A model generated the notes under the pieces. That model did not search any database. It saw only the letters and a list, made by a program, of their open reading frames with translations, and was not told the origin of the DNA. From Candidatus Solincola daggyaiensis (lineage in GTDB: Bacteria; Actinomycetota; Geothermincolia; Geothermincolales; RBG-13-55-18), in contig JACVJD010000002.1 of NCBI GenBank assembly GCA_015711825.1, positions 5,752 to 69,751 on the forward strand: a stretch of 64,000 nt of DNA, read 5' to 3'. The position numbers and the translations under genes were made by a program. Positions 41,861 to 52,502 of this stretch are shown here, piece after piece; within the stretch, counting starts at the first letter, position 1; each line of letters starts with the position of its first letter.

Positions 41861-42652
41861 TCACCTGACCTTTTCCTCCCGCCACAGGAAAGCGCCTTGC
41901 CTGCCCGTTATCCCGTCACGCCGAAAGGAGTAATAGCGTGGCTCACAGCAGGTGCATCCCCCCACCAGGTGGATGGCGCTTTCCTCGATGCCGCATCTTT
42001 TCAAGTTCACGATGTTGGCTTGCTTCAGGTCAAGACTCCAAGCGCCTCCATGGCGGAATACCACATTTCCGTCAGGATATTTTTCGACGAACTGTTCCGC
42101 CCTGCCTTTATCGACCTCGTAGCAACATGGTCCGATGCAAGGACCCATAACGGCTCTGGCCTCCGAGGCCTTCGCTCCCGTACGTTCCTCGATGAGCCGA
42201 CAGGCTATGGAGGCGATGTCGCCGATGGTCCCGCGCCAACCCGCGTGTAAGACGGCCACGATGCCGCGCTCCGGATATGCCAGCGCCAAGGGCACGCAAT
42301 CCGCCGTGAGCACCGACAGCGCAAGCCCGCTTTCGGTGCTTATAAGGCCGTCCTTTCCCCGCAGGACTTCCTCATCCATGGTCACGGATCGCACGGATGT
42401 CCCCTCCAGCCAGGCCACGCTTAAGCCGTGCACTTGTTGGGGATAAATCATGCGGCTATCTCCCAGCCCGATCCATCGGGCGAGTATGGCCCGGTTCTTC
42501 GCCACCTTTGAAGGATCGTCCCCAGTGTGGAAGGCGAGGTTCATTTCATCATAAGGTGGCTCGCTGACCCCTCCCGTACGATCGGTGAAAAGGAGGCGAA
42601 AACCCGGTCCGAGCAGGTACCCTACTTCCAGCCACGCGTGGCCCCGGCTCAT
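41861..42652 (-). CDS. pgeF: Peptidoglycan editing factor PgeF (YfiH/DUF152 laccase-domain protein)
   Basis: LTADCVPL...HAGWRG...CTCC motif set; start ATG 42652 (ORF opens at 42775). Confidence 0.8.
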   Translation of the reverse strand: MSRGHAWLEVGYLLGPGFRLLFTDRTGGVSEPPYDEMNLAFHTGDDPSKVAKNRAILARWIGLGDSRMIYPQQVHGLSVAWLEGTSVRSVTMDEEVLRGKDGLISTESGLALSVLTADCVPLALAYPERGIVAVLHAGWRGTIGDIASIACRLIEERTGAKASEARAVMGPCIGPCCYEVDKGRAEQFVEKYPDGNVVFRHGGAWSLDLKQANIVNLKRCGIEESAIHLVGGCTCCEPRYYSFRRDGITGRQGAFLWREEKVR

Positions 42653-42677
42653 CGCACCGTCGCCATGCCCGCGGTCT

Positions 42678-44006
42678 TCATCCCCGAGCCGCTTCCTCTC
42701 CATCCAGTACCTCGAGCAGCACCATGTAAATGCGCCTACCGACCACCTTCTGCGCCACAAGGCGCATACCCTCAAAGGTCACCGATTCCCCTTGCTTGGG
42801 TATCTTTCCCATGAGGTTATACATCAGTCCGCCCAGGGTATCCCATTGGTGCGCCGGCAAGCGGGTTCCCAGCAACTCGTTTATGTCGTCTATGGATATG
42901 CGCGCATCGAACACGTACCTTCCGTCCCCGAGGTTCTCGTAGAGTTCCATAGCGCTGTCGTACTCGTCGAAAATCTCCCCCACGATCTCCTCCAAGAGGT
43001 CCTCGATGGTCACCAGGCCTGAGGTCCCTCCGTATTCGTCCAGCACGATGGCCATGTGGATGGTCAGGGTTCGCAACTCGGTGAGCAGCTCGCTCACTCG
43101 TTTGGTCTCGGGTACGAAATACGCCTCGCGCAGCAGATCCCTCGGCTTTACGTCGCTCTCCCCGCGCTTGAGATAAGGGAGAAGGTCTTTGGCGTACAGA
43201 ACCCCAATGATATGGTCGAAATCGTGGTGATAGACGGGGATGCGGGAGAACCCTGTCCTCAAGATTACCTCCAGCGCCTCCTCGAGGCCGGCGCTGTCCT
43301 CCAGCATCACCATATCGGTACGCGGGATCATCACCTCACGGACCAGGGTGTCGCCGAAATCGAAGATGGAATGGATGAGCTTTTTCTCCTCCTCTTCGAT
43401 GACGTCCTGTTCCTCTGCCGCGGAAACGAGGGCTTTGATGTCTCCTTCGGTGACGAAGGGGCCCTCTTTGATGGTTTTGCCCCCGAAAATACGTATGACC
43501 CCGTTGGAGATGAGAATGAGCAAACGCACCACGGGATAGAAAAAGCCCGACAGAAGCTTCACCACCGGGGCCACCGCTAAAGCCACCTTTTCCGGATGGT
43601 TGGTGGCATAGGTCTTGGGCGCCATCTCGGAGAAGATGAAAATGAAGAAAGTCATCACTCCCGTGGCGATGGCCGCCGCCAGGGGCAGCTCGAAGGCCAG
43701 CGCCATTCCGGTGGCGATGGCCGACGCCCCTACCTGCACCAATAGGGTGAGCATGAGGATGGTGGAAAGGAAGCGGTTTGGTTGCTCCAGCAGTCCTTCC
43801 AGGACGCGCGCTTTGCGATTCCCTTCTTCGCTAAGGGAGCGTATTCGGAAGCGGTTCACGCTTACCAGAGATATCTCCGAGGCGGCCAGGAAAGCCGACG
43901 AAGCAAGAAGACCGCAAAGGGTCGCTAGCCTCCAGGCGATCTCGCCTCCGCTCACGGTGGATGCGTTGACCGGCAACGTATGCATAAACCTCATCGCCTG
44001 GAACAT
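42678..44006 (-). CDS. CNNM/DUF21-CBS-CorC_HlyC family transporter (hemolysin-like TlyC/CorC)
   Basis: DUF21 TM region, two CBS domains, C-terminal CorC domain. Confidence 0.8.
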   Translation of the reverse strand: MFQAMRFMHTLPVNASTVSGGEIAWRLATLCGLLASSAFLAASEISLVSVNRFRIRSLSEEGNRKARVLEGLLEQPNRFLSTILMLTLLVQVGASAIATGMALAFELPLAAAIATGVMTFFIFIFSEMAPKTYATNHPEKVALAVAPVVKLLSGFFYPVVRLLILISNGVIRIFGGKTIKEGPFVTEGDIKALVSAAEEQDVIEEEEKKLIHSIFDFGDTLVREVMIPRTDMVMLEDSAGLEEALEVILRTGFSRIPVYHHDFDHIIGVLYAKDLLPYLKRGESDVKPRDLLREAYFVPETKRVSELLTELRTLTIHMAIVLDEYGGTSGLVTIEDLLEEIVGEIFDEYDSAMELYENLGDGRYVFDARISIDDINELLGTRLPAHQWDTLGGLMYNLMGKIPKQGESVTFEGMRLVAQKVVGRRIYMVLLEVLDGEEAARG

Positions 44007-44437
44007 CTTCCCTCCACTGCCATGCGCAGTATCTCCCTCTGTCTTTTGTCCATCCGCGCCGCTCCCTCCTCATCTTCGTCACTGTATCCAAGAAGGTGAA
44101 GCACCCCATGCGCGGCCACGAAAGAGAGTTCACGCCCTTTTTCAACGCCGTATTCTTCACGCGCCGCGGCTACGGCTGCCGGACATATGGCGAGGTCGCC
44201 CAGGATGAACCCTTTACCGCTTCCCTCCAGCATGGGAAAGGCGAGCACGTCGGTGCAACCCTCCCTCCCTTTGTAGCGCATGTTGAGCTCCTCCATCTCC
44301 TCTTCCCCGAGCAACGCTACGGATAGCACCGCGTCACGGCGCGCGCCCTCCGCGCGCATGGCCCTGCGGCATGTTTTTTTCAGCTCCCTGACCGCCTTAA
44401 CCCCCAGCCCGGCCTTGTTCGCTATCTCTACCCTCAA
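43991..44437 (-). CDS. ybeY: Endoribonuclease YbeY (16S rRNA 3' maturation)
   Basis: AAHGVLHLLGYSDEDEE zinc motif HxxxHxxGxDH. Confidence 0.9.
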   Translation of the reverse strand: MRVEIANKAGLGVKAVRELKKTCRRAMRAEGARRDAVLSVALLGEEEMEELNMRYKGREGCTDVLAFPMLEGSGKGFILGDLAICPAAVAAAREEYGVEKGRELSFVAAHGVLHLLGYSDEDEEGAARMDKRQREILRMAVEGRCSRR

Positions 44438-46530
44438 GACGCATCCTCCTTTTTAAGGAGTATCGGGTATTCCACGCGCTCGTGGTACATGCCGCAGAGA
44501 ATGCGCGTGAAGGCCTGGGATATCTTTTCGAGGTCTCCCAGGGTCAGGCTGGAATTGGCCAGTTGACCGTCCTGCAGCCGCTCGTCGATTATGGACTTGG
44601 CGACTTGTTCCAATTTTACCGCGTTCGGCTTTTCCAGCGCTTTCGCCGCCGCCTCCACCGCGTCTGCCAGCATTACCAACGCCGCTTCCTTGCTGTGCGG
44701 TCTCTCCCCGGGGTAGCGGAACCTGCTCTCGCTCACGCCCTCCGATCCCTCCTCCAAGGCGCGCGCATAGAAGTACCGTATCAGCGACGTGCCGTGGTGT
44801 TGCTTGATGATATCGACGATCTCGCGGGGAAGGCGATGCTTTTTCGCCAGCTCGACCCCTTCCTTTACGTGGGATGAAATGACCAGGGCGCTGAGATTCG
44901 GTTTTATCCTTTCGTGACCGTTGAAGCCACGGGGCTGGTTTTCGACGAAAAAAGCGGAGCGCTTGGTCTTGCCGATATCGTGGTAATAAGCCCCTACCCT
45001 CGCGAGAAGGGCGTCCGCGCCGATCTCCTGTGCCGCAGCCGCCGCGAGGTTGCCCACGATCACGCTATGGCTGTAGGTTCCGGGGGCCTTGGAGATGAGC
45101 TCTCTCATCAACGGCTGGTCGGGCGAGGCGAGCTCTACGAGGTGCATGGGGGTGACAATGCCGGAGATTCTCTCCAGAACAGGCATGGCCCCGAGGGCCA
45201 GAAGGCCTGCCAGCACCCCATTTCCCAGGCCTGCCAGTCCCGCAAGGGGCAGGTAGCGCAGCTCCTTGATCATGGTGGCCGTGACCATCGCCACCGCCGC
45301 CGTCACCAGCGAGACCTCCGCCGCGGCACGCACAAGGTCTTCGCGGGTCCGCACTCTCCTGACCAGCATCATCCCCGCCAGCCCACCCAGTAGCGCCGTC
45401 AAGGTCAGGTAGACATTGCCCTTGAACACCAGGGCGGTCGTCAACCCCGCCGTGATGACCAGAAAAAGGGCGGTTAGGCGATCGAAGAGTATGGCGGGCA
45501 GCATTCCCACCATAGCCAGGGGAACGAGATAACCCCATAGTACGTTTTCGTCCGCAAACACCGCGAAGACGCGCGCCAGCGCGAAATAGACCAAAATCAT
45601 CAGGCACACGGCGGCGACGCGCCTCCAGTCCGAGGCGATATCGCGCCTGAAGAGGATGAAAAAATAAATGGTCATGGCGTATATGAGCACGGCCATCAAG
45701 GTAATGCCGATCACCTGCTGGTAGGTTCCCACGGGAGATAGGGCCCCTCCCTCACCCAGCGCGTCCAGGATCAAGGGGGTTATGATCTCGCCCTTTCCCA
45801 CAATGCGTTGCCCCGCCTCAAAGCGCAGGGTCACGGACGGAACCATGCTCGCAGCCATTTCCATATCATGCTCGATGGTGGCGGTGGAATAAGCGGTGTT
45901 CGTCCTGATCAGAGAAGCGGCGATTTCCGCGGCGGCCCTGGAAGCTTCCCCGGTTAGAAGCGTGGGCTCCCGCCCGCTCAGTATCCCCTCGCGTATTTTC
46001 TGTATCCCGTCCGGGGTAACGGGATTTGCCATCGCCGTGGTGAGCAGATTGGCCGCCTCGCTATAGAAGGAGGCCCGATCTTCCTCGGGAAGGTCTATAA
46101 CCGTCCTCAAAGTGTGGTCATTCAGGTCTTTTCCGAACTGTTGCCGTAAAGTCGCAATTTTCGAAGAGATTTCGCCTTCGCCTTTGGCCACCGACTGCGA
46201 AAGTTTCAAGAAGGCCTCGAGATCCTCGAGGGCTTGGGTCAGCGCCAGGGGGTTGATAAAAAGCTCGGCTATCCTGCGTCGCTCGCTCTCGCGCGCTCTT
46301 TCCGTCCCTTGGCGATCCTCGACCTCGAAGGCGCGCGTGGAGATGATCGTCTCCGTGCTGGGCTTGCCCACCTCGAAACGCAAGGAACGCGGCACGTATT
46401 CCAGGATGAGCGTGACCGTCACAACGCACAGGAGGCTTAACGATATGAGGAGGGCTTTGTTCCTCCCGGTACGACGCAGCTGGGCTATGGGACGAAGCCC
46501 GCTTTTTATCGGTCCTTCCTTATCATCCAT
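44434..46530 (-). CDS. 7TM receptor with intracellular HD-GYP-like/HDIG hydrolase domain (PgpH/YqfF-like)
   Basis: Extracellular N-domain, 7 TM helices, HDIGK HD domain; conserved phoH-7TMHD-ybeY context. Confidence 0.8.
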   Translation of the reverse strand: MDDKEGPIKSGLRPIAQLRRTGRNKALLISLSLLCVVTVTLILEYVPRSLRFEVGKPSTETIISTRAFEVEDRQGTERARESERRRIAELFINPLALTQALEDLEAFLKLSQSVAKGEGEISSKIATLRQQFGKDLNDHTLRTVIDLPEEDRASFYSEAANLLTTAMANPVTPDGIQKIREGILSGREPTLLTGEASRAAAEIAASLIRTNTAYSTATIEHDMEMAASMVPSVTLRFEAGQRIVGKGEIITPLILDALGEGGALSPVGTYQQVIGITLMAVLIYAMTIYFFILFRRDIASDWRRVAAVCLMILVYFALARVFAVFADENVLWGYLVPLAMVGMLPAILFDRLTALFLVITAGLTTALVFKGNVYLTLTALLGGLAGMMLVRRVRTREDLVRAAAEVSLVTAAVAMVTATMIKELRYLPLAGLAGLGNGVLAGLLALGAMPVLERISGIVTPMHLVELASPDQPLMRELISKAPGTYSHSVIVGNLAAAAAQEIGADALLARVGAYYHDIGKTKRSAFFVENQPRGFNGHERIKPNLSALVISSHVKEGVELAKKHRLPREIVDIIKQHHGTSLIRYFYARALEEGSEGVSESRFRYPGERPHSKEAALVMLADAVEAAAKALEKPNAVKLEQVAKSIIDERLQDGQLANSSLTLGDLEKISQAFTRILCGMYHERVEYPILLKKEDAS

Positions 46531-46742
46531 CTTCTTGAGTAATAATTATACATCGTTTACCGGTCGAAGCCGAACATTTCCAAGCCCAAGGCAGCGAGGT
46601 TCTGCTTAGTAAGGTTCTGATATGGAATCCTTGGGAGCTCACCCGGATGGCGTTTCTCCGCCCACCCTCCGGCATCACGCGCACACGATTTCCAGGAAGT
46701 ACTTCCGTTTTCCTCGGGCATAGAGTAAGCGTTTGAATATCT

Positions 46743-47761
<1,019 letters not shown>

Positions 47762-47762
<1 letters not shown>

Positions 47763-48106
47763 TAACCCGGAGGCCAGGACATCATCCTCCCGCCCAGCAC
47801 GTGGAAGTGCAGGTGGGGCACCTCCTGGCCCGCCGCCCTTCCCGCATTGGTGACCATGCGCACCCCGCTGGACGCGATATCCTCGCGTTCCGACACCATG
47901 GCCACGGCCTCCAAGACGCTCGCAAGCAAGGCACCGTCACGCGCTTCCGGTTCCAGCATGGAAGCGATATGCTTGCGAGAAACCACCAATACGTGTACCG
48001 GCGCCTGGGGATTTATGTCGCGGAAGGCTATGACCCTCTCGTCCTCGTAAAGGATATCCGCCGGCAACTCTCGCGCCACTATCCTGCAGAATATGCATCC
48101 TTCCAT
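47762..48106 (-). CDS. HIT-family (histidine triad) nucleotide hydrolase
   Basis: MEGCIFCRI...HLHFHVLGG. Confidence 0.85.
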
Positions 48107-48148
48107 TACTCCGCCCTTCCTCGTACCATGCCCTAAGGCGTCTGTTCG

Positions 48149-49426
48149 TCAACCTCGAGACGGGGAGGAATAAGGCCTCATGAGGGCGATACCCCTCCAC
48201 ATACCGGTTATCTCCGCGGTAATTATTCTACCAGTCTGCGTCCCGGGCGGCGGTAGCGGCAGCGCTCCCTTCATATAATCCTCCGTGGTGCCCCAGGCGA
48301 TCCTGCCGTGACTACCGTCGCTTATCCTCTCCACCAGGAATGCACGCGTTTCCCCAATCCGTTCCTCGATGTAAGCCGTTCGCCATCTCTCCGCCATGGC
48401 GCGCAGGTCCGCCGAGCGCCTTTCCGCCATCTCCGCCCCCACACCGTCCTTTCTTCCCCATGCCCGAGTGCCGGGCCGAGGAGAGAAACGAAAAACGTGC
48501 ACGCGAGCGGGCCGTATCTCCTCCAGAACCCTTACGGTGTTGTCGAAAGCCCGCTGCGTCTCCCCGGGATATCCTACGATAACCTCCGTGGTCAATGCCG
48601 CGCGCGGCCACTGCCTGCGCACTTCTTCCACCCTTCCCAGGAAGTCCTCCGGCGTGTAGCCCCTCCCCATATCCCTTAACACCTTCTCGTCTCCGCTTTG
48701 CAGGGGAAGATGAAGGTGCGGGCAAACCCGCGCCGATGAGGACCATTCCCGCACCCACTTTACCCTAAGGTCTTCGAGTTCGATGGAGCTCAACCTCAGC
48801 CTGAAACCTTCTCCCCTTTTCAGTATCTCACCCACCAGCGATGCCAGGTCGTAATCCTCGCCCTGGCGGTACCTTCCTAGATTCACGCCGCAAAGCACGA
48901 TTTCCTCGCTTCCCTGTTCACGCCAGCGCATCACACTTTCCAGCACCGACAGGGGCGGGGTAGAGGTTTCCGCGCCTCTGGCGCGAGGGACGATGCAATA
49001 GGCGCATTCCCTTTCGCAGCCGTCCTGCACCTTTACGAAACCGCGTGCCTTTCCTGAGGCCATGCGCTCTGCAACCATGGCCGGCGGCGGGAGCATGGAC
49101 ATGATCTGCTCCGCCCAACCTCCCTTGCTCGAATTAGGAATCAGGGCCACCACGCCGGGTAGGTCTTGCAAAGACCCTGGATCCACCTCCACGTAGCAGC
49201 CCGCCACGGCTATGGCCCGCGCGCCATCCCTCCAGAGGCGTCGCAGGAGCTTACGACATTTACGATCGCTCTCCGCCGTCACCGTGCAGGTGTTGACCAC
49301 GCAGAGATCTGCCGGCGCAGGATCCTCCACCAGCGCATGGCCCGCTTTCTCGAGCTTCAGTTTAAGCTCCTCGCTCTCCGCCTGGTTTACCTTGCAGCCC
49401 AAGGTGAAAACGGCCACCTTAGCCAT
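48149..49426 (-). CDS. mtaB: Radical-SAM methylthiotransferase, MtaB/MiaB-like
   Basis: MAKVAVFTLGCKVNQAESE (MTTase N domain), CAYCIVP radical SAM CxxxCxxC, TRAM C-terminus; start ATG 49426. Confidence 0.8.
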   Translation of the reverse strand: MAKVAVFTLGCKVNQAESEELKLKLEKAGHALVEDPAPADLCVVNTCTVTAESDRKCRKLLRRLWRDGARAIAVAGCYVEVDPGSLQDLPGVVALIPNSSKGGWAEQIMSMLPPPAMVAERMASGKARGFVKVQDGCERECAYCIVPRARGAETSTPPLSVLESVMRWREQGSEEIVLCGVNLGRYRQGEDYDLASLVGEILKRGEGFRLRLSSIELEDLRVKWVREWSSSARVCPHLHLPLQSGDEKVLRDMGRGYTPEDFLGRVEEVRRQWPRAALTTEVIVGYPGETQRAFDNTVRVLEEIRPARVHVFRFSPRPGTRAWGRKDGVGAEMAERRSADLRAMAERWRTAYIEERIGETRAFLVERISDGSHGRIAWGTTEDYMKGALPLPPPGTQTGRIITAEITGMWRGIALMRPYSSPSRG

Positions 49427-49434
49427 TTTTGACC

Positions 49435-50163
49435 TCACAACAGTCCGCACGCGCACCTTGCCGCAGCGACCAGCACCATTCCCGCGAACTCCGCGCGCAT
49501 GATGTAAGGACCCAGGGTTACGGGACGAGCGCCCAGCGACATCAGCTCTTCCCTCTCCTCATCTTCAAAACCTCCCTCAGGCCCCACCACCAGCGCCATC
49601 TCTACGCCTCCGGCATCATGCAGCGCCGCTGCAACCCTATGCCCTCCCTGCTCGTCGGCGAACAGAGCCGCCCCGAAGCCCGAGAGAGTGCTTGTCATAT
49701 CCTTCCATGTAAGGGGCGCGGTTATCTCCGGGAGATAGGGCCGCCCTGCCACCCTCGAGGATTGAAGGGCTATGGAGCGCAATCTCTCCAGCCGTCGCTC
49801 GAATAGCGAAGGGGATTCCCGCGAACGCCTGCACGCGTAGGGCGATATCGAACATACTCCCAGCTCCACGGCCGCCTCCACCACCAGGTCCATCTTGGCG
49901 CCCTTGAGCATGGCCTGGAAGAGGTGCATACGAGGTCTTTCCTCCTCCACCTGCTTTCTTTCCATAACCTTCAAGGAGGTCGAGTGGCGCGCCATGCTGT
50001 CTATGACGGCCCTCACGACCGTTCCCCGCCCGTCCAGCAGCCATACCTCTTCACCAGGCCTCGCCCTCAGGACGCGGCTGAGGTGATGGTGGTCCGCGCC
50101 CGAAAGGCTTAACGATTCTTGCTCCCCAGCGAGCGCGGATATGAAGAACCTGGGTACGGTCAA
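49435..50163 (-). CDS. rsmE: 16S rRNA (uracil1498-N3)-methyltransferase
   Basis: PUA-like N-terminus and SPOUT C-terminus typical of RsmE. Confidence 0.85.
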   Translation of the reverse strand: MTVPRFFISALAGEQESLSLSGADHHHLSRVLRARPGEEVWLLDGRGTVVRAVIDSMARHSTSLKVMERKQVEEERPRMHLFQAMLKGAKMDLVVEAAVELGVCSISPYACRRSRESPSLFERRLERLRSIALQSSRVAGRPYLPEITAPLTWKDMTSTLSGFGAALFADEQGGHRVAAALHDAGGVEMALVVGPEGGFEDEEREELMSLGARPVTLGPYIMRAEFAGMVLVAAARCACGLL

Positions 50164-51266
50164 ACCTTTTGTCTCACCGCCTTGCGCAAACGGCCCATCA
50201 CGCCGCCCGTCTCGTCCGCGCGCGCGCGCTGGAACTCGCGCAGGAGGCGTTTCTGCTCCGCCGTCAGCCTTTCCGGTATCCTCACCTCCAGGCTGAGATA
50301 TAGGTCGCCCCTGCCGCGTGAATGCACCTCGGGCATTCCCTTTCCACGCAGCTTGAAGACGTCGCCGGGTTGGCTTCCCGCCGGCACCTGCAATCTCTCT
50401 TTGCCGTCCAGGGTGGGGATCTCCAGCTCGGCACCCAGGGCCGCCTCCACCATATCCACGCTCACCACCGCGTGTAGGTCCCTGCCGTGGCGTGTGAAGG
50501 CATGGTGCTCACGCGTCCTAACCTCCACCAAGAGGTCACCGGGCGGTCCCCCTAGTTGACCCGCCTCGCCCTTGCCGCTGACGCGGATGCGGTCTCCGTC
50601 GTCAACACCTGCCGGTATCATCACCTCAACGAGGTCGAGTATCTCCCTTATCCCCTGCCCCCCGCATTGCGTGCATGGATGGGTGTTGATCTCCCCCGTT
50701 CCGCCACAGCGCCTGCAGGTGATGGTGGAGGTGAAGGCGCCGAAGGCGCTCCTTCTGGTGCGCGTGAACCTGCCCTCTCCCCCGCAGTCCGGGCAGAGGT
50801 CGTGTCCGTAACCCTTTTCCACTCCCGATCCTCCACAAAGCGAGCAGCTCTCGTGTCTGGGCACCTCGATCTCGCGCCGCACACCGCTATATGCCTCCTC
50901 AAGGTCTATCTCCACCACCGCCAAAAGGTCGCTTCCCCTGCGTGGCGAGGTTGCGCGCCCTCGACCCTGACCACCGCCGAAGAAAAGGTTGAAGATGTCT
51001 CCGAAGGGGCTGCTGAAGCCCTCGAATCCACGGTCGAAGGGGGACGCGGCCAGCCCATCCTCCCCAAAGAGATCGTAGCGGCGCCTCTTCTCCGCATTGC
51101 CAAGAACCTCGTAGGCCTCGCTTATCTCCTTGAAACGCGCTTCGCTTTCGCTATCCCCGCCCGACATGTCGGGGTGATAGCGGCGCGCAAGGCGCCGGTA
51201 GGCCTTTTTTATCTGCTCCTGGTCCGCATCCCTCGAAACGCCCAGTATTGCGTAGTAGTCCTTCAT
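50160..51266 (-). CDS. dnaJ: Chaperone DnaJ (hrcA-linked dnaJ2 type)
   Basis: J-domain MKDYYAILGV...HPD, G/F region, four CxxCxGxG zinc repeats. Confidence 0.9.
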   Translation of the reverse strand: MKDYYAILGVSRDADQEQIKKAYRRLARRYHPDMSGGDSESEARFKEISEAYEVLGNAEKRRRYDLFGEDGLAASPFDRGFEGFSSPFGDIFNLFFGGGQGRGRATSPRRGSDLLAVVEIDLEEAYSGVRREIEVPRHESCSLCGGSGVEKGYGHDLCPDCGGEGRFTRTRRSAFGAFTSTITCRRCGGTGEINTHPCTQCGGQGIREILDLVEVMIPAGVDDGDRIRVSGKGEAGQLGGPPGDLLVEVRTREHHAFTRHGRDLHAVVSVDMVEAALGAELEIPTLDGKERLQVPAGSQPGDVFKLRGKGMPEVHSRGRGDLYLSLEVRIPERLTAEQKRLLREFQRARADETGGVMGRLRKAVRQKV

Positions 51267-51284
51267 GGCAGTGTACGCGTCCTC

Positions 51285-52313
51285 CTAGCCTCTGAGCATC
51301 TCTAGGGTGCGGCTTAGGGACTTGGCGATGAACTCCACCGTCGGTATGACGCGCGCGTAATCCATACGCGTGGGGCCAAGCACGCTGACCGTGCCCACCA
51401 TCTCGTCGCCTATGGCATAGGGGGTGGCCACGAGGCTGAAGTACTGCAATTCCTTGTACGCGTTCTCGTCACCTATGCGCACCAAGAGTTCCCTTGACCG
51501 CAGCGCCTCGCTCAATAGATTGAAGAGGAAATATTGCTCCTCGAAGTGCTTGAGCAGTTCCTCGATGCGCTTTACTCCCTCCTCGTCCAAGTAGCGCAGC
51601 AGGTTAACGGTGCCCCCGACGTAGACCTTTTCGTAGTCGTCGCGTGACAGCATATCCCTTATCGCTTGCAGCGACTTCATGGCCAGCCCGGACAGCGGCC
51701 GGTCGCTGCCCATCTGCAAGTCCGCCTTTAGACCTATCTCCTCGAGCCCCTTTCCTTGGAAGTCGCGGTTGAGGTAATCCTGCACCGCCTCCAGGTTCTC
51801 GCCCTGCTCCTCTCCCTCGAGCTCGATGACCTTTTTCTCCACCCGGCCGGTATCGGTGATGATCACCAGCAACACCACTCCTTCCGCCAGCTTCACCACG
51901 TCTATATGCTTTATGGTGTTGCGCCTGAGCCGCGGCGCGATGATGAGGGCGGCGGTGCTGGTGAGGCGCGACAGCAGGGAGCTGGTCTCCTGTAAGAGGT
52001 TCTCCAGTTCGCGCGTCTTGTATGAGAAAAGGGTGAGGATGGCTTTTTTCTCATCCTCGCGCAGCCGCGTCCTTCCGCTCAAGCTGTCGACATAGAAGCG
52101 GTATCCCAAATCGGTGGGGACGCGCCCGGCTGAGGTGTGAGGTTGATAAAGATATCCCATGCCCTCCAGCTTGCTCAGCTCATTGCGTATGGTGGCGGGA
52201 CTCACCCCAAGGTTGATGCTCTCGGCGAGCGCCTTGGAGCCAATAGGCGATCCGGTCATTATGTAGCGGTGCACCACCGCCTTGAGTATCTTCTGCTGCC
52301 TCTTGTTGAGCAT
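51285..52313 (-). CDS. hrcA: Heat-inducible transcription repressor HrcA
   Basis: MLNKRQQKILKAVVHRYIMTGSPIGSKALAE winged-helix N-terminus; CIRCE immediately upstream. Confidence 0.9.
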   Translation of the reverse strand: MLNKRQQKILKAVVHRYIMTGSPIGSKALAESINLGVSPATIRNELSKLEGMGYLYQPHTSAGRVPTDLGYRFYVDSLSGRTRLREDEKKAILTLFSYKTRELENLLQETSSLLSRLTSTAALIIAPRLRRNTIKHIDVVKLAEGVVLLVIITDTGRVEKKVIELEGEEQGENLEAVQDYLNRDFQGKGLEEIGLKADLQMGSDRPLSGLAMKSLQAIRDMLSRDDYEKVYVGGTVNLLRYLDEEGVKRIEELLKHFEEQYFLFNLLSEALRSRELLVRIGDENAYKELQYFSLVATPYAIGDEMVGTVSVLGPTRMDYARVIPTVEFIAKSLSRTLEMLRG

Positions 52314-52314
52314 T

Positions 52315-52340
52315 TAGCACTCTCCTCCTTTGAGTGCTAC
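52315..52340. promoter_or_regulatory. CIRCE operator (HrcA binding site) overlapping the hrcA Shine-Dalgarno
   Basis: Minus strand reads GTAGCACTC-AAAGGAGGA-GAGTGCTAA-ATG: 9-nt arms, 9-nt spacer containing the SD, right arm abuts the start codon. Confidence 0.75.
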
Positions 52341-52502
52341 CTCCAATATCAAATTATCTCCGCCCTGCGTCGCGCGTCAAGTGAACCCGCGTCGCAAGCG
52401 GCATCCATAGCGTCCACTCCTCCTTGACGTGTGACCACCACAACGCCGTCGCTCGGCCCTCACCCTTGCATGAGAGTTATCGACATCTTCCTGCCGGTAC
52501 CT

